From positions 192,001-256,000 of IMG/VR virus record IMGVR_UViG_3300011989_000257: a stretch of 64,000 bases of DNA. One strand, given 5' to 3'. The DNA comes from a virus (taxonomy: Duplodnaviria; Caudoviricetes). Position 1 is the stretch's first letter; every line of letters starts with the position of its first letter. Positions 45,002-54,270 of the stretch are shown here, piece by piece. The notes below the pieces were generated by a model, which saw only the letters and a list, made by a program, of their open reading frames with translations, searched no databases and was not told the DNA's origin. A program made the position numbers and the translations under genes.

Positions 45002-45553
45002 TTACAAATCTTTATCTCTTTGAGACTGGTGTCTAATTAAATTTGCAACATCGTAGTAAGTAATTGAAAGCAGTGATAGGTCATTTACTTTTTTTATTTG
45101 GATTGTAACGTGTCCTATGTTTTTGTTATTTTTGAACACTGGAATAAATTTTTCGTATTTTCCATCAAGTTTTTCTGCTTCTTTATTATATTTATTTTCT
45201 AATCTAATAACTAAAGTTTCAAACTTTGGATATAATATATTTTCTTCATCTATATTTGTAACATCTTTCATTTTGAACACGTCTACACAGTAGACTATGT
45301 TTAAATCTTCATCAATTATAGGCATTACTAATGCAGTATCATTGTCGTATAAGCCTTTATACATTTCCGTGTTTCTGAATTTCTTGAAACCTTTTAATTT
45401 TAATTTTTGAACAAAATTCTCGTAAGTTCCATTAATAGGAATACCCATGAATTTAAAGTGTTCTGATGTGTTTTGGGCTAATGCTATTGAAGGTATTAAA
45501 CACATTACAATTGTTAATACTAAATGCGTAACAATTTGTTTAACTTTTCCCAT
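45002..45553 (-). CDS. Secreted protein
   Basis: Signal peptide ending ALA-Q; HFKFMGIPING. Confidence 0.65.
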   Translation of the reverse strand: MGKVKQIVTHLVLTIVMCLIPSIALAQNTSEHFKFMGIPINGTYENFVQKLKLKGFKKFRNTEMYKGLYDNDTALVMPIIDEDLNIVYCVDVFKMKDVTNIDEENILYPKFETLVIRLENKYNKEAEKLDGKYEKFIPVFKNNKNIGHVTIQIKKVNDLSLLSITYYDVANLIRHQSQRDKDL

Positions 45554-45561
45554 TTTTTTTA

Positions 45562-46616
45562 TTATTTTAAAATTTTATACAATTTTTCTGTCCATTTATG
45601 CGATTTCGAATCACCGAGCGTCCGAAGTTGATGCAATACTATGGTGTGCAAATGGCATCTATTCCTTTTATGGAAATTTGAAAGTGTGATTGCTTGCTCA
45701 TTAACTACTGCGTTTTTACCATCACATGTTCTAATATGATATAGTATGTTTCCATCACTAGGGTGTACTGCCATATTTATTATCTTCCAAATGAACTTAC
45801 TTTCACTAGAAGGTATGTAATAGTTATTGCTATCACCCCAAAAATATTTAAATGCATCTGTGTATGTAGAATACTGGTGTCCTGAGTCCACAACTTTTAC
45901 ATAATCCCCAATTTCGAACTTTGACCTTATTGGCTGTAAATAACCACAACCGCCTCTATATACTATGTAACTCATGGATAATAATCGTTTCTATTTTCAG
46001 TTAAATCTACAGTAATTGTATCATTGCATACTTCTTCTGTTTGTTGATACTCATTATATCCATTTGTATCATATGTGCCATAATAATTAGTTTTGCGCCT
46101 ATTATATGTTGCATAGTCGTTATTTTTTGATATTTGCGCAAAATAATAGATATTGTTTACACATCCTGCTGCTAGGAATAAGCACATAAACATTCTTAAA
46201 ATGATTCTTGTAAATTCTCTCATTTCTTTTCATCAATATTTTGAAGATAGTAAAATATCATCTTCTTCCTTATTAATTTTTCTTAGCAATTCTATTGACT
46301 GATTTTTTTCTGTCCATGACATAACAGCATATTTCCCAACCCTATTCTTTATTAGAACACATAATTCCCAATAAAAATTAGCCCCAAAATCAACTATTTT
46401 CCATTGGTTAATTCCGTTTTTTAATTCTGAGGTTGGATAGTCATTTGGGTCTATCACATTTGGGTCATTTACATCAAATAATGATTTAATATGTCTATAT
46501 GCAAGACATGCTCTACAATTTTTGACCTTAACAATGTCTCCACGTGAAAATGGAATATTGAATGAGGATACCCCCGTTCCCAAGCCACTAGTAATTAAAA
46601 CATGAGTCATTCCCAC
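45562..46616 (-). CDS. Hypothetical genes (45562-45975 and 46233-46616 are related; 45972-46223 lies between)
   Basis: F..GD.VKV, WKI and GK.AV shared. Confidence 0.7.
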
Positions 46617-47548
46617 TTATTTAGCGTTTCGATATTCTCATGATACCATTTGTCGAACTCATTAAATTCATCATCAGAGAACTGTTTACGTACAGCATCG
46701 TATTTTATGTAATCACAATATTTAACCTTAACGATGATACGATTTCCACCGCTATCACAAAGAGGAATAGTAGGACGTGCAACAATACCTTCCTCAATCA
46801 TTGTTGGGTCAGCAGCATTTTCGAACTTGGTGGTGAAACCAGCACGAACCATATTCTCAATGTCACGTAATGTCATAACACCCAAGAAAGGCACTTGCTC
46901 AAGACCAAGAGTTTTACACATTGCATCACGATTCTCTTTTGGCAACCACCAACCTTGCTGACGTATATCAAACACACGGAAATCATTACCATTTTGAATA
47001 TAGCGAGAACCACATTTCTGAATACCAGTGCCGAAATACTCACCGTAGATATAGATTGGAACTTCCTCAAGTTCTGAGATATAGTCTCCACCAACTTCCA
47101 TAGTCTCAACCTTATTACCACGACAAGGGAGACTACCCTCTGGTATATTCATAACCTCTGGATAGTAGTATACAACTTTGTTATCTTCCTTCACAGGGGC
47201 AAATCTTGCACTCTCTTTGGGGAACATAGCGCAAAGCTGTGGTTTGATACGCTCACCAATCTCTTGAAGCATTTCAAACTGACCATGCTGAGAGCAAGAC
47301 TTATCTGACTTACTGCCAACTTTAATCTCTCTAGTAGATGGGAAGAAAGCAATCTTGGAGTTAGTACCGTCAATTTTGCTGTATGCTTCCCAAGGACAAT
47401 TGAAAAGGTACTCTGCCTCCTTGTTTGAAAATTCGCCAAGAATAATCTTATTCCTAAATTTCAGCCATTCTTTGTTTGGACAATCTTTAGCATCGAAAAC
47501 GTACCTTTTGTACATTGTATTAATTTTTTGATATGTCTGTAACCCCAT
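46607..47548 (-). CDS. ATP-dependent RNA ligase (Rnl2-like adenylyltransferase domain)
   Basis: KIDGTN, YGEYFG, FRVFDI, EEGIVARP and VKVK motifs. Confidence 0.85.
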   Translation of the reverse strand: MGLQTYQKINTMYKRYVFDAKDCPNKEWLKFRNKIILGEFSNKEAEYLFNCPWEAYSKIDGTNSKIAFFPSTREIKVGSKSDKSCSQHGQFEMLQEIGERIKPQLCAMFPKESARFAPVKEDNKVVYYYPEVMNIPEGSLPCRGNKVETMEVGGDYISELEEVPIYIYGEYFGTGIQKCGSRYIQNGNDFRVFDIRQQGWWLPKENRDAMCKTLGLEQVPFLGVMTLRDIENMVRAGFTTKFENAADPTMIEEGIVARPTIPLCDSGGNRIIVKVKYCDYIKYDAVRKQFSDDEFNEFDKWYHENIETLNKWE

Positions 47549-47996
47549 ATATGTTTTGTTTTAATTGTTTAACTACTATTTTGTCTTCAAAGGATAGTTT
47601 TGCTATATCAATCCACCCATTATTATCCCAATAAATAATGAGTTCTCTAAGCCTATTATCTGAGCAAATAGATATGTTGTTCCTTACACAATATAATGCC
47701 CATTTAAGACCAAGCGTACACCAATGCTTCGTAAACGAGGTTTGAACGCCGCCATAAGCCCATTGAAATGACCTAAAGATTAGATGCATTGCTCCAAATT
47801 CATCATAATAGTTTTTACCAGTACCATTTTTGGTATCTTCCATCATTATTTGAATATAGTTGGGAATACGTGAGTTAATCACATGATATGGAGTATTCGC
47901 TTGTTTTCTAAAACATCGCATGAAATTCTCATATTCACCATTCTTTTTCAGAAAAAACCTAAAATGCCTAAACACGTTTATTGTTATTTCTTCCAT
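47520..47996 (-). CDS. Family C-like protein
   Basis: FFLKKNGEY...SFQW...HW. Confidence 0.7.
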   Translation of the reverse strand: MEEITINVFRHFRFFLKKNGEYENFMRCFRKQANTPYHVINSRIPNYIQIMMEDTKNGTGKNYYDEFGAMHLIFRSFQWAYGGVQTSFTKHWCTLGLKWALYCVRNNISICSDNRLRELIIYWDNNGWIDIAKLSFEDKIVVKQLKQNIYGVTDISKN

Positions 47997-47997
47997 G

Positions 47998-48029
47998 CAA
48001 AGATACGAAAAAATCGTGAGATAACCAAA
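47998..48029 (-). promoter_or_regulatory. Bacteroidetes promoter
   Basis: TTTG-N20-TATCTTTG. Confidence 0.8.
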
Positions 48030-48262
48030 AAATTAACTGTTTTTAACTCCAAATAAATCTTTCAGCGGTTTAGTTACACTACTCCAATTGAACAATCTAT
48101 TTAAAAATCCTTCTCTATCGAGGTCTACTATCAAAGCCCTTGCCTTTTCAAGAAGTTCTTTATTGATAGCAGCCTCTGTTGAGACAGAATTCAAGGCAGA
48201 TTCCAAGTTTTTAATCTTGTCCCTCATGCCTTGATATTCTTTCATGTCAAGGTCAATCCTAC

Positions 48263-48856
48263 TCATACCAACTCTACTCTTTCTGAACTGTTAATAAAAT
48301 CAATAAAGTTCTTTGCGGTATCTTCAGCAATAGCAGGACAAAATTCTTTAAATACTTTGAATTTCACATTTGGTAGATAACGCAAACCATCTTTAACTGT
48401 ATCTGCGACACAATAATCAAATGCAATACCTCCTATGTGTATTTCATCAATGTTATATGTATTCACCAATGCAAGTATTTTTTTGCGAGAATCTTCATTT
48501 TTGAATACTGAATACTCCTCATGGTCTTCATCACAGCCTTTTGTAAATACCATAAAGTTGGGACAAGTTTTGAGAACGTTATACAATGGTTGATAAATTG
48601 CAGCATCATGTGTAAATTGTTCACAGTGATTTGGCCATTTCCCTCCATTTTCTTTGAAAGAACAATGAGTTAATGGATGCCAATCAACAGTTGCTCCAAC
48701 AACAGCATAAATATTCTTTTTCTCATTCAAGTATTTGGCTTGTAAATCCCCAGATTTAGTGCCACCATCTACTGCGAGGTTTCCTCCTTCCACAAACCCA
48801 TTCTGGGTATCAATCGATATATACATTAAATTCCCCATATTATTTTTTTTAGTCAA
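48263..48856 (-). CDS. pncA: Nicotinamidase/pyrazinamidase
   Basis: IDTQNGF.GG.L, DWHP..H.SF..WP.HC, KG..EEYS and GIAFDYCV motifs. Confidence 0.93.
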   Translation of the reverse strand: MTKKNNMGNLMYISIDTQNGFVEGGNLAVDGGTKSGDLQAKYLNEKKNIYAVVGATVDWHPLTHCSFKENGGKWPNHCEQFTHDAAIYQPLYNVLKTCPNFMVFTKGCDEDHEEYSVFKNEDSRKKILALVNTYNIDEIHIGGIAFDYCVADTVKDGLRYLPNVKFKVFKEFCPAIAEDTAKNFIDFINSSERVELV

Positions 48857-49157
48857 TGTTATATTTTTTATAATCTAAAGCTTTATTTAAATTGAAATAT
48901 AGTCCTTTTGCAATACATATATTTGCCCATTCTACACTCCTATCATGCCATTTTTGCCAATTAGAAGGCCAATGGCAAAATGCACTTGAACTTTGAATTA
49001 ATTCAACAGGTTCATATCTGTTGATTACATCAATGAATTTTGTGTGAGAATACTTGAATGGGAGAGACAACTGTTTATATTCTTCCCAAAAACCTTTACT
49101 TCTTGCAAATTTTTTGAACTCATATAAAGTTTTCTTATCAATTCTATCTTTATCCAT
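48849..49157 (-). CDS. Family C-like protein
   Basis: KFARSKGFW...FCHWP..W. Confidence 0.65.
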   Translation of the reverse strand: MDKDRIDKKTLYEFKKFARSKGFWEEYKQLSLPFKYSHTKFIDVINRYEPVELIQSSSAFCHWPSNWQKWHDRSVEWANICIAKGLYFNLNKALDYKKYNID

Positions 49158-49505
49158 TTTTCTTTTTTTGAGATTTAGTATTGCTTTTTTTCTTTGGAAC
49201 TTTCACCTCATTCGCTTTTTCTTTGGAGAAATCTTCCAATTCTTTATTAAAAAGCAACTCTGTTATGTCAAGATTGACACAACTGTTTCCGTACTTGGTT
49301 GCAAAAGCAATGGTACAAGGCTGTCCACTTTCCTTATATGAATCCTTAACAGGACAATTCTTACATAATGTTCCCATATTTAATACTTTTTGCAAAGATA
49401 CTAAAAATATTTTATAATAAAAAATAAATTAATATATATTATTATATTTTATATTATTTTAATATATTATTATATTATTTTAAAATATAAAAAGGCTTGG
49501 CAGTG

Positions 49506-50903
49506 TTAGACCGCCAAGACTTTGATATATTCATCAACCAATTTAAGACATTCCTCCTTTGTAATCTTTGGATTCTCGAAGTATGCTTCTTTCAAATGTT
49601 CCATTACTTTACCTACTGTTGGAGTTCCCCTCTTCAAGCCAAGATGCTTCATTACATCAGTGCCATCAATTGGTAATTTAACATTCTTGGATTCTTCGAG
49701 TTCACCCAACTCTTCAATCCTATTCAGAACATCTAATGCTTGCCTTTTCTTTTTGTCGTATGTTTGAAATTGGTTATTGTAATGCATCAAATCAATTACA
49801 GTACCAATATCATCGCCACAAGCATTTATGAATTTCCTAATTTTTTTATCAGGTGGAACAATACCATCAGCATAGTTTTTGAAAAATCTATGATATTTAA
49901 TTGCATTTTCCACAGCGTTGATTACTGAATTTGGGTATTTCATAGCTTTTAGGTCACTTGCTGCTATATCAGCACTAAAAGAATCTTGCGATATGCCTCT
50001 GTTTATTTCAGTAGCAACCCTACCGACATCATGGAATAACGCAGCTAGCCTATTCTCAATATTAGGTTGTACCTTATCAAGAACTAGCATTGTATGGTCA
50101 AATGATGTTACTGCTGGATTTCTTGATTCATAAGCATTAGTTAAATCATAGATATCTGGCATTATTTTGCTCAATATTCCGCAATATAACAATTTACGGA
50201 TACCAACTGAAGCATTAGGTCCAGTAATGATTTTTGAAACCTCATCTGTTATTCTTTCTTGAGAAATAATCTTAATGCGGCTAGCATTTTTAATCATACC
50301 AAGCCATGTATTTTTCTCAATACCCCAACCATAACGGCAACTGAAACGTATTACACGAAGTATCCTCAATGGGTCATCGCAGAACGTTATATCTGGGTCA
50401 GTTGGTGTCTTAATCACTTGTTTGACTAAATCATCAATACCTTGGTTGAAGTCGTATAATTTTTTGTTACTGACATTATAATACAAGGAATTAATGGTTA
50501 GGTCTCTACGCTTAGCATCCTCTTCAATACTACCGAATACTTGTTCTGGATTTCTGCTTTCCACATGGTATTGTTCCTTGCGAGTCTGTACAAGTTCAAG
50601 GTCAATATCCGATAATTCTTTATCATTACGCAAAGTGACCTTAGCAGTTCCATATTTCGGATATATCACTGGATTAGTGTCTATTTTGTGGCTACCATCT
50701 TTTATGGCTAAGAATGCCGCAAGACCAATTCCGCCACCTTCACGTTCTACAACAATGTCGATGTCCTTGATTGGCTCATCTAAGATTGCATCCCTAACGC
50801 AGCCACCAACAAGAAATACATGATTTTCAAATGCTGTGCCTTTGATGTATTCTTGCAATCTATCGATTAATTTTATATATTTTTCTTCTTTAAATAATTC
50901 CAT
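49506..50903 (-). CDS. cca: CCA-adding tRNA nucleotidyltransferase with HD-type region
   Basis: VGGCVRD, DID, EDAKRRDLTIN, DDPLRILR, SQERI and ALFHDVG motifs. Confidence 0.9.
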   Translation of the reverse strand: MELFKEEKYIKLIDRLQEYIKGTAFENHVFLVGGCVRDAILDEPIKDIDIVVEREGGGIGLAAFLAIKDGSHKIDTNPVIYPKYGTAKVTLRNDKELSDIDLELVQTRKEQYHVESRNPEQVFGSIEEDAKRRDLTINSLYYNVSNKKLYDFNQGIDDLVKQVIKTPTDPDITFCDDPLRILRVIRFSCRYGWGIEKNTWLGMIKNASRIKIISQERITDEVSKIITGPNASVGIRKLLYCGILSKIMPDIYDLTNAYESRNPAVTSFDHTMLVLDKVQPNIENRLAALFHDVGRVATEINRGISQDSFSADIAASDLKAMKYPNSVINAVENAIKYHRFFKNYADGIVPPDKKIRKFINACGDDIGTVIDLMHYNNQFQTYDKKKRQALDVLNRIEELGELEESKNVKLPIDGTDVMKHLGLKRGTPTVGKVMEHLKEAYFENPKITKEECLKLVDEYIKVLAV

Positions 50904-51108
50904 TTTTAATTCAATTTTAATATAATGTCTTTTTCACATTTGTATTTCTTGATTAAAAATACATAGAATTTAGTATAAACTGCATTCCAAAACGCATATT
51001 CTCTACCACTTAGTATTTTTTTATTGCGCCTCATTATTATATACCTTGAATATAGACGCTCTTGTTTCAAGAAATAAGCAAATTCCCTACTTATACACGG
51101 TTTAATCA

Positions 51109-52077
51109 TTATTTCACTAGCTCTAATGGTTTCATATATTTACACAATTCATGGTCACTAGAAAAAACTAGGTCAGAATCGCTTATTTCTATCCCATTGA
51201 GTAGTTTATACACTTGTGGGTAATAAGTGGCAGGAACGCACTTTAAAGTGCGTCTATGGTCATTTAAAAAGTCTTCTTTCTCAAACACATTTAAGCATTT
51301 ATCAGAGAAAGGTCTTTTGAATGTCCTCATGTTGAGTTTGAATTTGCTAACACGGAACTTGAATCCTTCAAATTCCTCGTCTCTAACTGGAAACTTTTCA
51401 AATTCCTTTACAATGTCTTGTCCATCGTATTTTTTAGGCCATCCGTTGAACTTGAAGATAACCTCATCAGTCTTAATTGAGAATGGTTCAAGGAAAAGAT
51501 GGTCATCCATTATCTTACCGAACTTGTTTGAGATAAATTTCTCAATAGCAGCCAATCTCTTACCATTAAGTTTACCCAATACCTCTTGTCTTATTTGTTT
51601 TGCGGAAGCAAGGTATTTCACATCGGTGAAGCAAGCTACGAACTCTTCCCAAGTATCACAATCACGCACAATGCTTGGGTCAACATAGCGAAGCGCTTGG
51701 AAGTTTGCCTTAATCATATCATAAGATATGAATAAGCCACCGTCTTGCTGTTCTGTGTATAACTCATTTGAGCCTACAATAGGCTTAAAGTCCTCTAATG
51801 GGGACTTGTCAACTAACATTGTCTTATAGCCATCAGAATTGAGTATATGACTCAAAATTTGGTCTTTAACGCTATGTCTATGCTCAAGGAATTTCTGCAT
51901 ATTACCATCAAACTTATCTCTGATTGTCTCCATGAGTGAGAGATATTTGAGCTGTACATGGGATTCCCCCTCAAGCATCTTAATTCTTTCATCAAAGTAT
52001 GGGTCTTCAACTACCGTAATTGGCAGTTGGTTATCGTCTATAAATCTACCTCTAAATTGCTTAACTATTAATTCCAT
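51109..52077 (-). CDS. Hypothetical protein with polymerase-palm-like motifs
   Basis: FISYDMIKANF and SIKTDEV resemble family B polymerase motifs A and C. Confidence 0.4.
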   Translation of the reverse strand: MELIVKQFRGRFIDDNQLPITVVEDPYFDERIKMLEGESHVQLKYLSLMETIRDKFDGNMQKFLEHRHSVKDQILSHILNSDGYKTMLVDKSPLEDFKPIVGSNELYTEQQDGGLFISYDMIKANFQALRYVDPSIVRDCDTWEEFVACFTDVKYLASAKQIRQEVLGKLNGKRLAAIEKFISNKFGKIMDDHLFLEPFSIKTDEVIFKFNGWPKKYDGQDIVKEFEKFPVRDEEFEGFKFRVSKFKLNMRTFKRPFSDKCLNVFEKEDFLNDHRRTLKCVPATYYPQVYKLLNGIEISDSDLVFSSDHELCKYMKPLELVK

Positions 52078-52090
52078 TTTGTTGTTTTTT

Positions 52091-52474
52091 TTATATTAAT
52101 GTTGTTATTTCTTCGTATTCTCTTTTATATATGAAGTTTTGCCATTCCCCCAACATACTAATCCAATAGTCATATCTATCGTATATACTTGATTCTTTAC
52201 ATGTACCATCATGTCCTTTAATGGTTTTTGGATATTTAGTTTTCGCAAAAGAGAAAAACCCCCCGAAAAGTCCAACAAGCCCCTCATTATTCCAAGCAAA
52301 TTGATTGAATATGTCATTATAGTATTGTCTTCCACGATTATGATTGCTCTTGCTAACCACCTTAGTGTTAAAGTGTTTAGTGTTGGCAACGAAATCCTCG
52401 TATATTCCCCTTCTTTTAAGGAAATATGTTAGGATTCTCCTATATTTTTCTCCATATTCTGACAAACTATCCAT
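52091..52474 (-). CDS. Family C-like protein
   Basis: YFLKRRGIY...FSF..T...YW...W. Confidence 0.7.
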   Translation of the reverse strand: MDSLSEYGEKYRRILTYFLKRRGIYEDFVANTKHFNTKVVSKSNHNRGRQYYNDIFNQFAWNNEGLVGLFGGFFSFAKTKYPKTIKGHDGTCKESSIYDRYDYWISMLGEWQNFIYKREYEEITTLI

Positions 52475-52496
52475 TTCATTACAGTATTTTTCTATG

Positions 52497-52528
52497 CAAA
52501 TATATGAAAAAAAAATGAGACTACCAAA
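52497..52528 (-). promoter_or_regulatory. Bacteroidetes promoter with hairpin (would terminate the iscB-array transcript)
   Basis: TTTG-N20-TATATTTG; atgagactac...gtaatcccat. Confidence 0.8.
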
Positions 52529-52554
52529 AAAGTAATCCCATATTTAATTTTATT

Positions 52555-52693
52555 TAACTAATCTAGTACAATGCACTTTTTTCCACGATGTATAAAATAT
52601 ATTGTTATAATTATTACTATTAATAAACTAATCTAGTACAATTTGATTATCTTCAAAGCAATTATTATTATTAACAAACTAATTCAGTACAAT
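52555..52693 (-). CRISPR. CRISPR-like mini-array downstream of iscB (3 repeats, core ATTGTACTAGATTAGTTT)
   Basis: Repeats at 52555-52572, 52625-52642 and 52676-52693 (two extend to 34 nt, 30/34 identical); unique spacers; repeat complementary to the 5' end of the omegaRNA scaffold. Confidence 0.7.
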
Positions 52694-52741
52694 TCGTGTT
52701 AGATGCGCATGCCACACAACAATTGCAGTTGTATGACATTT

Positions 52742-54016
52742 TTATTCGTAAGTGAACTGGAGTAAATGACTTCCGTGCATTCTTCTTAAGAATTTAACAT
52801 CAGCACTTCTTACAGTAAAAGGTGTCATCTTACCTTTACCGTTTGGTTTTCTCGTAACAAAATTACCATTAATATCCTTCAGATACAACCTACCATTTGA
52901 ACTTCCACCAACAAAACACTCTATTCCATTCCACAAAACCAAATCACCTTTCTGTAACCTACTTTTACCTATCATATGACTAGTAGTCATGGCCTGACGC
53001 ATACCTCCTTTTTTTGGAACTTGTTTATGTAGAGACCTAGTGTGTCTTCTGTTAAGTTTGTATTGATAATATCCACCAAGTCTCTCGGCAGATGTGTTAT
53101 CAGCTATAACGAATGCATCACTAGTATGTGACTTCTCAATTCCATTTCTTAAACGATTAGCCTTAGTCATATAGCCGTATGTGGTTTTGACATCGCCATA
53201 TGTTTCTTTTGTTTTTTTGAAAAGTATATTACCAATTATTGATACTGAAGTCTGGTTTTTGAGACTAGGGAGTTTTTTAGCATTAAGTTCAAATTCCCCT
53301 TTGTGCAGCCTTTTGTGACATTCTTCACACAATGTGATAAGATTTTCTACAGTATCAGTACCCCCTTGTGAACGATATTTGATATGATGTACATTTAACG
53401 TTTCACATCCACTTTTACCATGACAATGCTGGCACTCATGTCTGTCCCTAGTCAGAACATATTCTCTAGCATTCTCAAAACCAAATAATTCTCCTTGTTG
53501 ATATTCCTCACCTTGAATTTCTGGATTCTTTATTTTTTGAGTGTCAAATGGTGCAACCTCAAGAATAATACTAGAAATAGGAAGAATGTTATAAACACGT
53601 TGGATTGCTTTCTCGTGTTCATTTAACCTATTTCTTGAGGTTGGTGTCAACCACCCATCTTGTCTTTTTCTGTTATCGAAACGTGGCTTTCTATATCTAG
53701 TCTTTCTGCTACGTCTAGTTCTTCTAGATTCGAGTCTAGAAAGCATAAGTTCTGGAATCTCTTTGCTACGAAGTTCTACTTGTGCGGCATAAAGCTCCTT
53801 AGAAGATGTCGAAGCAGATAAACCTATATATTTAGAACCAGTATCAACCCCAAGTTTTATTTCTTGTAGATTTTCCTCAGAAGTGTAATCGAGCTGGATT
53901 GTGAAAGGGATGGTAGAAACAACATGTGCTTTACCTTCCTTTAAAAGCCTCCTAACTTTTCCATGACGAGTTGTTGGCATTATAGGTTTGCCATCTTTGT
54001 TTAACACATAAACCAT
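52742..54016 (-). CDS. iscB: IscB RNA-guided endonuclease (PLMP-like, split RuvC, bridge helix, HNH)
   Basis: GKPIMPT, GVDTG (RuvC-I), RRTRRSRKTRYRKPRFDNR, ILEV (RuvC-II), HHI..RSQGG..NLITLC..CH (HNH), SHTSDA (RuvC-III). Confidence 0.95.
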   Translation of the reverse strand: MVYVLNKDGKPIMPTTRHGKVRRLLKEGKAHVVSTIPFTIQLDYTSEENLQEIKLGVDTGSKYIGLSASTSSKELYAAQVELRSKEIPELMLSRLESRRTRRSRKTRYRKPRFDNRKRQDGWLTPTSRNRLNEHEKAIQRVYNILPISSIILEVAPFDTQKIKNPEIQGEEYQQGELFGFENAREYVLTRDRHECQHCHGKSGCETLNVHHIKYRSQGGTDTVENLITLCEECHKRLHKGEFELNAKKLPSLKNQTSVSIIGNILFKKTKETYGDVKTTYGYMTKANRLRNGIEKSHTSDAFVIADNTSAERLGGYYQYKLNRRHTRSLHKQVPKKGGMRQAMTTSHMIGKSRLQKGDLVLWNGIECFVGGSSNGRLYLKDINGNFVTRKPNGKGKMTPFTVRSADVKFLRRMHGSHLLQFTYE

Positions 54017-54034
54017 CTTTTTATCTTATTAAAA

Positions 54035-54218
54035 ATGCTGTAAGCCACCAACTTAATGGTGTTGTGTACCCATCGCTAATGTTGGTTGGAGGTTTTTACT
54101 AGAAAGACATTCTCGCTAGCCGCAGGGTTTGGAGCTTGGGTAACAACTCCAAAGTGCCTATATATTCTCCCTCAACGTAGTCCTCGAAGGACTTAAGCTA
54201 ATCGTACTAAATTAGTCT
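54035..54218 (-). ncRNA. omegaRNA scaffold beginning with an anti-repeat (tracrRNA-like)
   Basis: Directly upstream of iscB; omegaRNA-type blocks GATTAGCTTAAGT..GACTACGTT..ATAGGCAC..CCAAGCTC..AACCTCC..AACATTAGCGATGGG; 3' boundary approximate. Confidence 0.8.
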
Positions 54219-54222
54219 AGTG

Positions 54223-54254
54223 CAAAGATACCAAAAAAACATGAGATAAACAAA
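54223..54254 (-). promoter_or_regulatory. Bacteroidetes promoter for the omegaRNA/iscB transcript
   Basis: TTTG-N20-TATCTTTG; hairpin catgagata...tatttcatg. Confidence 0.85.
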
Positions 54255-54270
54255 TATTTCATGCTAAAAA

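Noticed and set aside
49405-49490. Nearly pure A/T tract as a replication origin
   Set aside because: No iterons or adjacent initiator; more likely promoter-upstream low-complexity DNA
54201-54222. Reading AGACTAATTTAGTAC as a cis guide targeting the flanking repeats (self-targeting IscB)
   Set aside because: Differences from the best repeats are all G:U-compatible for RNA-RNA pairing and extend into the conserved scaffold; as DNA targets they would carry seed mismatches. Less parsimonious, though not formally excluded
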